A DNA stretch of 63,274 nucleotides, filler included, from Lenisia limosa (GCA_001655205.1; 10 parts of 10 records of this genome joined end to end with filler, not necessarily neighbours in it), one strand, 5' to 3'; shown: positions 12,609-25,300, numbered from the whole stretch's first letter. The notes: generated by a model not told the origin, from the sequence alone. A program made the numbers and translations.

Positions 12609-15472
12609 NNNNNNNNNNNNNNNNNNNNNNNNNNNNNNNNNNNNNNNNNNNNTTAATTAATTAANNNNNNNNNNNNNNNNNNNNNNNNNNNNNNNNNNNN
12701 NNNNNNNNCCATCACGCTTATAAGAGATAATGGATTATAGAAAATATTAATTCACCCAATCATTTGCCTTACAACTCTGTGCATATAGTGAGCATAATGC
12801 ACAATATATTGTCAATAGCAGAATGATATGTATTTCGGAAAATGAAAGAATATGAATGTGCACAATTAGATTAGCGACGTACCCCCTCCCCACGGATCTC
12901 AGATTTAATGTTTGTAACTGGGGTGTCTGAATATCAACCAACTAAAAACGTTAAAAACATGACATACCAACAACAAAAAAAAATGACAGGGGCGTAGCAG
13001 AAGCGAAAAAATGTTATCTTATGGATAGAGAAGGGATAGAGCCTAAATTCTCAATCAGAATTATGACTTATTGATAAAAAAAAAGGGGGGGGGGGAACAG
13101 AATTNNNNNNNNNNNNNNNNNNNNNNNNNNNNNNNNNNNNNNNNNNNNNNNNNNNNNNNNNNNNNNNNNNNNNNNNNNNNNNNNNNNNNNNNNNNNNNNN
13201 NNNNNNNNNNNNNNNNNNNNNNTACCATCAGAGTAGCCTTTCAAACCTCAGGATGATTTGTGGTGCAAAACTCTCCGTTTAAATCGTGTTCTACCATTAG
13301 AGCAACAATGCTGTCTTCCATCTAAGGTATTATGACAGATTAAAGAAATTAAGAAACATCTGTATGTATTGATTTGATTGACTGCGCTTACTGTATGTCG
13401 TGTGTTAATGAAGAAAGAGGGGTTGAATAGTCGCTAAAAAGGTCAAACTTAAAGGAAAGCTTCCAAGAGCGTTGATGTTTGTTACCATTTTTGGAGAGGC
13501 TTTTTGGATTCAAGCCAAACACAAGATTTTTTTAAAAAAAGAGAAGTATCTCTCATTTTCCTTTTTTGGGTGAGTCTCAACAATTTCCTGATTTATTTCC
13601 TTTGCTCTCAAAATTGGTTGTTATTGCAAGATACAATCATTCCAAAAAAGAAAAGAGAAGGAGTCATTGAATATCGAGAAATCAGGAATGAACATCCAAA
13701 ATACTTTTTTAAATACATATCACATCTGTAATTTCAGCTTCACTTTTAGCCCGAAATTGACCGAAAACTTAGCAATAGTCTTGCGGATTTATCGAAATTC
13801 AATATTTTTCCAAACCAAGAAAACCGTTTCTACTATAATCGCAATACAGCAAGCCTACTTTGTGTATTGCATCTATTGGAGACGACAGCGATAATTGCAC
13901 TAAACAGTTAGTTGACTTAGAATAAAGGAGAAAAACACAAAGTGTACACCCAAATCCCAAAACCCTGTAATTGAAGGGTGTATAAAAATGTGTGGGGAGA
14001 AAATTAAGAACAAAACAAAACAAAACAAAAAACAACAGCTTGTCACACAGAAAATGGAGTATTTCTTCTTTCCTGAAACAGTAGAAAGAACCAAGAAAAA
14101 GAAGAGACATTGTGATTTGCGGTGTCTTTTTGGTTGAATGTCGGTGTGTTTTCAAGGGGTGTTATTTTGGCTTCTATTTCTATCAACAACTTTGTCTGTT
14201 TAAAAAAACTATTGCTTTCTCTTTCAACAATAACTAGTGCTTTCTCTTTCAACAATAACTAGTGCTTTCTCTTTCAACAATAACTACTGCTTTCTCTTTC
14301 AACAATAACTATTGCTTTCTCTTTCAACAATAACTACTGCTTTCTCTTTCAACAATTTGGTTACTATTTCAGGTGTATAGAGACATCACCTTATTGGTGG
14401 AGACTTTTTGGAACACTCCATAGTTTTGACCATAAATAGTTGTCCTAAAAGTCTCCAAAAAAAAAAACACACCGAAGATTCACTAAAAAGACACCGCAAA
14501 TCCTACAGTCCCTTCCGAAAAGAAAACCAAGATCGCATCTAGCAAACCCCACAATACCAAAATAGTGATGGAGCCATNNNNNNNNNNNNNNNNNNNNNNN
14601 NNNNNNNNNNNNNNNNNNNNNNNNNNNNNNNNNNNNNNNNNNNNNNNNNNNNNNNNNNNNNNNNNNNNNNNNNNNNNNNNNNNNNNNNNNNNNNNNNNNN
14701 NNNNNNNNNNNNNNNNNNNNNNNNNNNNNNNNNNNNNNNNNNNNNNNNNNNNNNNNNNNNNNNNNNNNNNNNNNNNNNNNNNNNNNNNNNNNNNNNNNNN
14801 NNNNNNNNNNNNNNNNNNNNNNNNNNNNGCTATGTCAAAAAATACAACACAGACAAGCAGGCAACCTCAATCCTACCATGCTGAAGAGCTGTATCCAGGA
14901 AATCAAAGAACCTTGGTGGCTATATAGTCAAAATATACGGTATAACAGGCAAAAAGAGGGACTGCACTCTGATAGATTAGATTTCAAGTAAGGCAGGTGT
15001 AGGAGGAGCCTTCTATCTCTCTCCTCCTTCTTATACGCCTCTATCGCGTATTTAAGTCACAGAAACATGACCCGATTGAGAGTATCGACCTCTCCCAACC
15101 CACCAGCACTTCTTCATACGTGACTTTGTTTAAAAACTCAATAACCGTTTCGGGAACACTCAAGCAATATACAAAGACCTGAATCATAACATTTTAAAAA
15201 AAGGTAAGATAGGGCTTACCAGTAGCCAGATCTTGAAAGGAAGCCATTCGAGGTTCTGGAGGGCTTCACCAGTACTTGTATCAACCTTGGTCTTTATGTC
15301 ATTGATGAGCTTATTCAAATTCTCTGGGCTTGGGTTCTTTTGAAACACGTCAAACGTATTCTAAGAGGATCAAAAATGACACTTCAACACAAACAGGATA
15401 TGTTTGGGGCACAGCTTGAGGGCGATGTGGCTTTTGCTTGAGAAACGGTCGTTTCAATAAGGATATTTCCAT
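9628..15472 (-). CDS. Large multi-exon hypothetical protein, probably alpha-helical
   Basis: Chain of splice-bounded coding segments, e.g. NTFDVFQKNPSPENLNKLINDIKTKVD, YISLSRCLDVIQTVLPGR, ISVLTVVGEELLHDDVMRLP and ATRAFLDQLHLQLSDPV...NS*. No family recognised. Joining of the two halves across gaps is inferred. Confidence 0.45.
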
Positions 15473-17752
15473 TATTTACAAGATCGCGATCTGTTGTATT
15501 ATTCTGATATATTAGAAACAGCTGGTGACAGACTGTTTCATTGTTATGAATTGTAACCTTGTAATTTTGTAAATGTTATGAAAACATACAGTTATTATAC
15601 GGTTATGGGTGAAAATCGGCAATTTTTTTTTTACCCCCCGTGCTGGCATGGCCGAGTGTGGGCGTGCCCCGATGCCCCGATGCCCCGAGGGCCACAGCCA
15701 TGGGGCTGTACCCTATTACCCCATCCAGCCCCCGCCCGACTCCATANNNNNNNNNNGTATGTATTGATTTGGTTGACTGCGCTTACTGTATGTCGTGTGT
15801 TGATGAAGAAAGAGGGGTTGAATAGTCGCTAAAAAGGTCAAACTTAAAGGAAAGCTTCCAAGAGCGTTGACGTTTGTTACCATTTTTGGAGAGGCTTTTT
15901 GGATTCAAGTCAAACACAAGATTTTTTTTAAAAAAAGAGAAGTATCTCTCATTTTCCTTTTTTGGGTGAGTCTCAACAATTTNNNNNNNNNNAAATATCG
16001 GGAATGAACATCCAAAATACTTTTTTAAATACGTATCACATCTGTAATTTCAGCTTCACTTTTAGCCCGAAATAGACCGAAAACTTAGCAATAGTCTTGC
16101 GGATTTATCGAAATTCAATATTTTTACAAACCAAGAAAACACTTTCTACAATAATCGCAATACAGCAAGCCTACTTTGTGTGTTGCATCTATTGGAGACG
16201 ACAGCGATAATTGCACTAAAAAGTTAGTTGACTTAGAATGAAGGAGAAAAACACAAAGTGTACACCCAAATCCCAAAACCCTGTGATTGAAGGAAGAACA
16301 AAACAAAACAAAACAAAAAACAACAACTTGTCACAGAGAAAATCGAGTATTTCTTCTTTCCAGAAACAGTAGAAAGAACCGAGAAAAAGAAGTGACACTG
16401 TGATTTGCGGTGTCTTTTTGGCTGCTTTCTCTTTCAACAATAACTATTGCTTTCTCTTTCAACAATAACTACTGCTTTCTCTTTCAACAATTTGGTTACT
16501 ATTTCAGGTGTATGGAGACATCACCTTATTGGTGGAGACTTTTTGGAACACTCCACAGTTTTGACCATAAATAGTTGTCCTCAAAGTCTCCAAAAAAAAC
16601 ACACCGAAGATTTACTAAAAAGACACCACAAATCCTCCAGTCCCTTCCGAAAAAGAAAACCAAGATCGCATCTAGCAAACCCCACAATACCAAAATAGTG
16701 ATGGAGCCATNNNNNNNNNNCAACAATAACTATTGCTTTCTCTTTCAACAATAGCTACTGCTTTCTCTTTCAACAATAACTATTGCTTTCTCTTTCAACA
16801 ATAACTACTGCTTTNNNNNNNNNNACACATTCCAGTTTATGCCTTCAATGTGAATAGAGTGCCGCCATTGTTTCATTTGAAGCATTTGATTCCTGGAAAG
16901 TTAGGGTTTTTCTTCAAGAAGTTACAAATCCACTTCCTAAGCCTACTCTATTATTCCAGCAATGCAATCTGCAGCAAATATAGCGCCTGGAGTTCAGTAA
17001 GAGGCTATGTCAAAAAATACATCACAGACAAAACCTCCAACCTCAATCCTACCATGCTGAAGAGCTGTATCCAGTAAATCAAAGAACCTTGGTGGCTACA
17101 TAGTCAAAATATACGGTATAACAGGCAAAAAGAGGGACTGCACTCTGATAGATTAGATTTCAAGTAAGCCAGGTGTAGGAGGAGCCTTCTATCTCTCTTC
17201 TCCTTCTTATACGCCTCTATCGCGTATTTAAGTCACAGAAACATGACCCGATTGTGAGTATCGACCTCTCCCAACCCACCAGCACTTCTTCAGACGTGAC
17301 TTTGTTTAAAAACTCAATAACCGTTTCGGGAACACTCAAGCAATATACAAAGACCTGAATCATAACATTTTAAAAAAGGTAAGATAGGGCTTACCAGTAG
17401 CCAGATCTTGAAAGGAAGCCATTCGAGGTTCTGGAGGGCTTCACCAGTACTTGTATCAACCTTGGTCTTTATGTCATTGATGAGCTTATTCAAATTCTCT
17501 GGGCTTGGGTTCTTTTGAAACACGTCAAACGTATTCTAAGAGGATCAAAAATGACACTTCAACACAAACAGGATATGTTTGGGGCACAGCTTGAGGGCGA
17601 TGTGGCTTTTGCTTGAGAAACGGTCGTTTCAATAAGGATATTTCCATTATTTACAAGATCACGATCTGTTGAAACAGCTGGTGACAGACTGTTTCATTGT
17701 TATGAATTGTAACCTTGTAATTTTGTAAAAGTTATGAAAACATACAGTAGTT
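13370..17752. repeat. ~2.2-kb tandem near-identical duplication (about 13370-15592 and 15758-17752)
   Basis: Same sequence order in both copies (gtatgtattgatttg...aaaacatacagt) with scattered SNPs and indels. The second copy contains several 10-N gaps. Confidence 0.9.
14213..14355. repeat. 25-bp minisatellite (tgctttctctttcaacaataactaN); also at about 16425-16490 and 16720-16814
   Basis: Direct tandem units are visible. Confidence 0.9.
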
Positions 17753-18223
17753 GAAGGAAAGGAGTAAAATTGCAAACTTGCAATTCCAGTAATGCAAGTT
17801 TATATCCAACCAGCATTTTTTGGACTCTCACTAGTAGATTATTATATATTCTTTTCAGAATAAATCAGAATGCACTTCTGAATGCGAGCGCCTGCGCCTG
17901 CAGGTTTTATTCTTTCTGGCATGCTTTCTGACATCTTTCACAAAGAAATATTATTCACAGAATAATTACAGAATAGAGCTTGGTCTTACAGAAAGAATAA
18001 AAGATGAAAGTAACTGTTTTATTCTTTTGTTTTTCAGTTATGAATACTTTGAGATTTCATGAATGAACACATTTCTTTCTTATTGTACAGTTTTTACATT
18101 GGTTTTTTGGAGAATATAAAAGGGTGTTAAAAAACACCGTTGTGGTAAAAGGAAACCCATGAATGAGAATCCGAAATAAGGACGTTAGAAAACGCCAGTA
18201 TCCAGCATTGTGGATGGAGAAAG

Positions 18224-18732
18224 TCAAAAGCCTTCGTAGTCCCTTTCACGTCTGTATTCTTCCGCGTCACGTTGATGATAACTGTCAGTAGCATGGTCGG
18301 CTTGCAGTCTCTCAGTATAGTGGGAGTTGTCCAGACACTTCTTGATAGAAAATTGCTCAAGACGACAAGGGATCTTTGATGATGAATCTTCCGCTCCTGA
18401 AGGGCTACCAAACTCAAGATTGAAGCATTTTGTCACTGGGGCATCTGGATGTCTACCTTCTGCCGAATCATCAAGAAGTACAACAACTGCAGTGACGCTT
18501 TCACAGCCTTCAGGGAACTTTCGGGCTGCTGCTTCATACTGAAGGCCAACGCGACAAGATAATCAAAGGCCTCTCGATCAGCTTCATTTGCATCTCCTTT
18601 TGTAAATCTGTGCCCAACATCGTACTTATTAAGAATAACTTTGAAGTAGGCCTTGGCAGTTCCTTTTTTATTGAAAAGCTTAATAATCTCATTGGTAAAA
18701 GGTGAAATTAAAGAAATCTGTATTCCTGTCAT
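18224..18732 (-). pseudogene. DCL/DUF3223 (DeCL)-domain protein, intronless, with one apparent frameshift
   Basis: Joining the two ORF frames gives FNKKGTAKAYFKVILNKYDVGHRF...YLVALA/QYEAAARKFPEG...EGRHPDAPVTKCFNL...EQFSIKKCLD. This matches the DCL pattern as I recall it (IL..KY...RL; LL.YHPE..KKIG.G; GHHPD...SRC; DFSY.KCI). Frame change at about 18543. Confidence 0.7.
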
Positions 18733-18797
18733 CTTTTCCTCTTCACAGGGGCCCTGAGGGGGCCACAGACCTGGGGATTTTACCATTATTTTTTTGG

Positions 18798-18960
18798 GAG
18801 ATCTGTCGGAGATCTGTCAGAGATCTGTCAGAGATCTGTGGAAAACTGTCAGAGATCTGCAGAAAACTGTCAGAGATCTGTCAGGTCAAGGCCTAGGTTA
18901 AACCCGCGGAGTTAAACCCGCGTCCCCCAAAGGAAACCCGCGCCCAGCCTCTTCACGTGG
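18798..18960. promoter_or_regulatory. Direct-repeat array in the divergent intergenic region
   Basis: AGATCT at 18799, 18810, 18821, 18832, 18853 and 18874; AAACCCGCG at 18900, 18914 and 18934; CACGTG at 18954. The repeats are seen directly; the regulatory role is inferred. Confidence 0.5.
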
Positions 18961-19116
18961 ATAAAAAAAGGGGGGAAAAAATCCTGAAAAAAAGGTTAAA
19001 AGTTCTAAAAAGATATGCGCACCCCCCATGTTTTATTCAAATTTAACCCATTTTGTTTCCAAAGAGAAGAAACCCTCCCTCCTCCTCCCAAAAAGCAGTT
19101 CGCTTGCTTGCTAACT

Positions 19117-22100
19117 ATGGATGGTCTTTCCCATCCAGTGAGAAGAAGGAAAGCAGGGACGAGAGGGATCAATCGTCTCAAGGGGTTCAAGGAGCAAATT
19201 GAGAGGTCTTCGCTCTTTGATAAAAACAGGGGTAGGTTATTAAATAAAAATCAGATAGTTAATGGGCACAGGTATAACGGAGTTGAAATGGAGTGAAGGA
19301 TGGTGATAACCTTGGTACTATGTTGCGCGTTTTGCCAACGTACCAACAGGCCAAATCGTTTCAATTTTTCAAATCAACTTTTTCCCACCACCATACTATG
19401 GAATTGCATTGTTTTATTTTGTTCTGACTTCTTTGCCATAGATGCTTTCAAGCGACAAAAGCAGTTGCCTTCAACTTTGCTGCTGCCTGATGACGATGAC
19501 TTCTATGAGTCTGCAGGCCTTTTTGGCACTAAAGAATGACATTATTGTATCCATGTCCTCATGATACCATTATAATACTTGTAGACCGGAACCTGTTAGG
19601 TTTTTGAACGAAGAAGAAGACAACTGTTTTCTATTTGAGGATGAAGAAGTTACAACGGCCGTCAGAGGAACTGAGTTGGTCATCCTGTGTGTGTTTCCGT
19701 TATTGCTTAGCTGGAATATTGATGCGTGTGGTCCCCTGATGAACTATGATGACGATGATGAGGGGTATGCACAGTCAAACAGATGGATTATCATTTACTA
19801 ATCTACAGGAATTTTGGATCTGACGAAGAAAGTAGTGAAGAAAGTAGTGAAGAAAATGAATTGTATGATGACGACGATGATATGTTCGAAGAGCTAAATG
19901 GCCCGTCAAATAGGTTTGAAGATTGTTTGATGCTTTTTATTGAATATTAACAATTCGGGAAAAACCATTATTTTTTGGGAATTGGAATTTTGGAAACAAG
20001 GGAAAGAAAATTTTTATTATTATTATTATTGCTTGTGTTGTTTACATTGTTTACATTCCCAGGGTTGACAACCATGCCAACAATATTATTAATATTATTG
20101 ACGCGGTAGGGTGGGTTTGATGTATTACTCACCCTTGCTGTGATTTAACCACCTTAATTTCAAAGAACCCTGCCTTTGAAGTTGGGGATGATGTTAGGTT
20201 ATGCCCGCTCTCTGAAAGCCAGCTGGTGGAAGCTGAGATTTCTTTTGTAGAAAAACATGTGGCTGCCTTGATGGAGGCCATAAACGTATTGAAAAAACTT
20301 GGAAATGAGATTCAACGTATGTTGTATTGTTTATTTCTCTCTCTTTTACTTTTTAGAAGATGAGGATGAAACTAATGATGGTTTGGAACATTTTTTTGAT
20401 AGTATTTGAGCTTTGATTGTGATATTGTTTATTTTCTTTAAGAATGTCGGCAAACTCAAGACAATATACCGGATGAAGGCAAAGACAGTGATACGAGTGG
20501 GCAGAAAGATGTGGTCTTACAGTTTAGACAGTGGAGATGAACACGAACACGATGAAAACGAATCTGAAGACGAAAGAGGAGGTGATGATGGGTGATGTAT
20601 TCTTCTCAATTATTATGAACCAATGAGCCTCTTACAATTGCAGCTTTCAACAACAACAGCGGGGACGATGATGACGAGGAGGACAGGCCAGAAGAAGAGG
20701 AAGGTATGAATGATATCAGTGAACTATACCATGCTTGGATAGAATGGTTTTATGCTGTTTGACTCTTAGGTGATTCAAATGACACATCTTCTGAGACAAT
20801 CCTTAAGAAGCTCAAGCGATGTATGTACACGTCTCAGTTTATTCCTTACCACGTAGTACTCCTTTTAGCACGGAATGCTACCCCAAGGATTCGTCTTAGA
20901 ATGCTCAAAGACATTGCCGAGCTTGGTAGTTGTGTTATGGGCTTTCGCCATTTGGCATTGGGGAGGGAAGAGCCGTGCGAGTTCCGGTCGCCCGATGACC
21001 TCAACACCGACCACCTTGGGTTTGAAAACCTTGTTCTCAAGATTCGCCGAGACCTGCGGGACCGCCCCCCAAAGTAAGGAAAAGTCCATACTCTGATAAT
21101 TTATTTCTAATTCTGGGCTAACTTGCAGATATTTCAAACTTCCACATTCCTCCCCTGAAAAGAAGTCTCACCTTCAAGATCAGAAACACGTGGGTTATTT
21201 TGTGGGCAAACCTTATATACTTCAAAAGTGATTGAATGTAATAATGTAGAGCTTTATATTTCTTAAATCCTCTACTTTGTCGGAAACTGCCTTTTGAAAT
21301 GAAATAAAGAACAAATACCACAGAAGATATAAGGATGAGCAGAGTCAATTTTAACTTTTATTTGCGAAATAAACACAAACCACCGGCAGCATATCATATA
21401 GTATACAGTATATTACATATTATTGTACTAGTAGAACATGTGATATGTTGTAAAGGGGGATATGATGTCAATATGCTACATTATCATAATAATGCAAAAA
21501 AAGCTGATTGCCTTCCCTTACTTCTCCAGCTAATCACATTTTTGGAGTCCACCAGTCGGATTGGGCTGCAGTCCCTTTCCCGTGGCGCCACAAGGGCCTA
21601 TGTAAGAGTCCAACAAGTTGTTTTTACATTTTCAATATTTAGAGTGCGGCTGACATGGACGAGTGGCTGCTTTCGGCGTATCAGGTTGACCCTTCTGCGG
21701 TGGGAAACCTTCGCTCGTCAAATATACCCAGAGACATTCTTCTGTCCCCCGTGCTGCACGGCTTTGTGGGTAGGATGACTCCTTCGTGTGTTAAGTCTAA
21801 TGAATTTGTTTTGCTTGATCAAAATTTGACGGGTTTCCAGATATTATTCATAAGTATAGAAAACAAAGAAATTCACTGCCCACGAGACCCTCCCCTTGTC
21901 CACATGGTCCGCCCTACTGCTACTTTGCAAAGAGGATATGGACGAGGCCATCGTGTACCCGACCTTGGGGACCTCAGCCGCTACCATGTTGGAAGAGCAC
22001 ACGAGTTCCTTTTCTAACTAGCTTAGGACTCTCTTGTCATGCGGAAATGGCCCCGTACTGACCTCATGTTCTGTGGCCACGATAGGAAGTTAAGTTTCAT

Positions 22101-22251
22101 GCGTAGAGGCGATCTTTTTTTGTTTTCCATCGACGAAACTTATCTTCCCATTTGTGAAGAGAGCAACCGCCCCAGTTTTCTAGCTGAGAAACTACTATGT
22201 CACTGGAGGGGCGAGGGAGGACCTTGTGCTTGTCGTCCATACGTTGTTTAA
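19117..22251 (+). CDS. Multi-exon Asp/Glu-rich hypothetical protein (3' end uncertain, possibly degenerate)
   Basis: Short GT-AG introns join acidic exons (NFGSDEESSEESSEENELYDDDDD; DSGDEHEHDENESEDE). The gtaagg donor at about 21074 continues into YFKLPHSS, LITFLESTSR and SAADMDEWLL exons. Confidence 0.55.
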
Positions 22252-22356
22252 GGGAAAGGACGGGTAAGAAATGTGCGCCTTTACCATTTAGCTCTCAACA
22301 TTTTCTTGTAAACCCAGACGGACAGCTTTTCACGACGTTGTATAGCAGTATGTGTA

Positions 22357-25300
22357 TTACAATGGTTTTATTTTGAAGGAAAGTTCGACGTGCTGTTTCT
22401 GGATGGGATTACCCTGCAGCCTGACTCTCTTTAAACCTGTAAGCTGCGGACGTCTTTCTATAACTCCTTGTTTTTCAACAATCAGGTCTTCTAACCTCAC
22501 TAAAGCCTTATCAAANNNNNNNNNNNNNNNNNNNNNNNNNNNNNNNNNNNNNNNNNNNNTTAATTAATTAANNNNNNNNNNNNNNNNNNNNNNNNNNNNN
22601 NNNNNNNNNNNNNNNACTGGAGCTTCACTTTCGGTTCCAAAAAAGAGTGAATTTTCGATAAATATCGATATTCTGCCAGTTTGTTGGAACCGACCTTTCC
22701 ACCCCCCATCCCCCTACGAGGCAGTGATGGCAAGACCTTCCTTATCGGGGTGCCAGTCCAGAGATGCAATCATGAGCTGAGAAATCTGATTGGATACCAC
22801 CTCCGTCAGAGTCCCCATCACACCCTCTCGTGTCTGAAAAGGGGTCAATTGATAGAGTTGAAAAGTGGTCAATTGATGTGTCTGAAAAAGGGACTACTAG
22901 TGCCTCCCTACGGTCCGAAAAAAAAGACTGAAGATTTCGATATATCGTCGATAAATATCGATATTTTACCCGTTTTGNNNNNNNNNNNNNNNNNNNNNNN
23001 NNNNNNNNNNNNNNNNNNNNNNNNNNNNNNNNNNNNNNNNNNNNNNNNNNNNNNNNNNNNNNNNNNNNNNNNNNNNNNNNNNNNNNNNNNNNNNNNNNNN
23101 NNNNNNNNNNNNNNNNNNNNNNNNNNNNNNNNNNNNNNNNNNNNNNNNNNNNNNNNNNNNNNNNNNNNNNNNNNNNNNNNNNNNNNNNNNNNNNNNNNNN
23201 NNNNNNNNNNNNNNNNNNNNNNNNNNNNNNNNNNNNNNNNNNNNNNNNNNNNNNNNNNNNNNNNNNNNNNNNNNNNTTCACATTACTATCTGTAATTTTA
23301 GGAATCAAAAGATAAATGTGTGAGAACTAATAAATACAAAAGTTAGATGTGCATTAAGCACATGCGAAGAAACTGGAACAGTGTCAGTAGAAGTCCGTTG
23401 TGGAACCTGTTTTAATGTACAGTGGCAAGAGGGAAAATACACAGCTCCTTTCGCAACCCAGACCAACAATTGCTGGAGCTCTCGACCCGACAATCCCGAG
23501 GTAAAAAAACTGGCGAGAGTGGTTGGTGTGGTGGTTGAAAAGAATAAGTCAACCATGGTTTCCCTCGATTGCCTCCTTCCCACAATGCAAGTCCGTTGGC
23601 ACTGTCGTCCATTCTGTTCTCGACAGAGCGCTCGTGACACGCTCTCGCTAGTTACCAATATTTAGCATGTCCTTTGGAACCGATAGTGAAACCAAGATCA
23701 CTAGAATGNNNNNNNNNNNNNNNNNNNNNNNNNNNNNNNNNNNNNNNNNNNNNNNNNNNNNNNNNNNNNNNNNNNNNNNNNNNNNNNNNNNNNNNNNNNN
23801 NNNNNNNNNNNNNNNNNNNNNNNNNNNNNNNNNNNNNNNNNNNNNNNNNNNNNNNNNNNNNNNNNNNNNNNNNNNNNNNNNNNNNNNNNNNNNNNNNNNN
23901 NNNNNNNNNNNNNNNNNNNNNNNNNNNNNNNNNNNNNNNNNNNNNNNNNNNNNNNNNNNNNNNNNNNNNNNNNNNNNNNNNNNNNNNNNNNNNNNNNNNN
24001 NNNNNNNNNNNNNCATTTTCGGGGTGCTGAGTCTTCAAATCGTACACGTACATGCCTCCCTCCAGTGTACCGGCTGCCACTGGGGGGTGAGTAAAACGAC
24101 GGAAATTTCAATGAATAATTACGTTAAGGCCTTATTGGCCAAAAAACAAGGTTGTATCTGGCCGAAGGCGTCCAAAACATCACGCTAATAAGAGATATTG
24201 AATTATAATAAATTCACCCAATCATTTGCCTTACAACTTTGTGCACACAGCTTTCTGCGTACATCCCCAGTATAGCATTGTATTATGATAATACCTACCC
24301 CCATCACTAAGACTATAATACTAGTAATATATATCTTATAATATAGCTGTTACAATATTATGATATGATAAATTTATATCATATCACTCTTTGGATCATT
24401 TTCACACGTGTGAACCATCATTTTCCACGCAGCAATATGATACCTCATATCCACTCGTATGAAAAGTGTCCAACAAGTCTCAATGATACTTTGANNNNNN
24501 NNNNAAGCATTGTATTATGATAATACCTACCCCCATCACTAAGACTATAATACTAGTATTATATCTTATAATATAGCTGTTACAATATTATGATATGATA
24601 AATATCATATCACTCTTTGGATCATTTTCACACGTGTGAACCATCATTTTCCACGCAGTGATATGATACCTCATATCCACTCGTATGAAAAGTGTCCAAC
24701 AAGTCTCAATGATACTTTGANNNNNNNNNNTGGCAATTTCAATGAATAATTACGTTAAGGCCTTATTGGATGCCTAAAAACAAGGTTGTATCTGGCCGAA
24801 GACGTCCAAAACATCACGCTAATAAGAGATATTGAATTATAGTAAATTCACCCAATCATTTGCCTTACAACTTTGTGCACACAGCTTTCTGCGTACATCC
24901 CCNNNNNNNNNNGGTAAAAAGCAACAAAACAAACAAGCCCAGGCCAGTCTCAGCAGCACCTCATTACAGTCATGACACAGGCAAGAATTTCCCTACTCAC
25001 AACTTGGGCGTTTCGAAGGTCAAAAATGTGGACANNNNNNNNNNTACACTCGGGATGAACCCTCATGTTATCTTCGTTCATCATTTCGACTTGAAAGTCG
25101 GTCATATGATTATATCACTAGTGGATGGGTTAACATACTTATCACATCAATATTTCCCACATTTATTCATAGGTCCGTCGCGACCGTCAAACTCGACCGA
25201 ACAAACGCTGTTCTTCAAATTATCGGAATAAAGCTGCGGGGTGAGGAAGAGCGAAGGATATAGGCGGGGAGGGGGAGTAAAATTGGAAATTTATAAAACA

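Noticed and set aside
22170-22260. Chromodomain-like FLAEKLLCHW
   Set aside because: The downstream aromatic-cage residues (YLVKW) are absent in any single frame.
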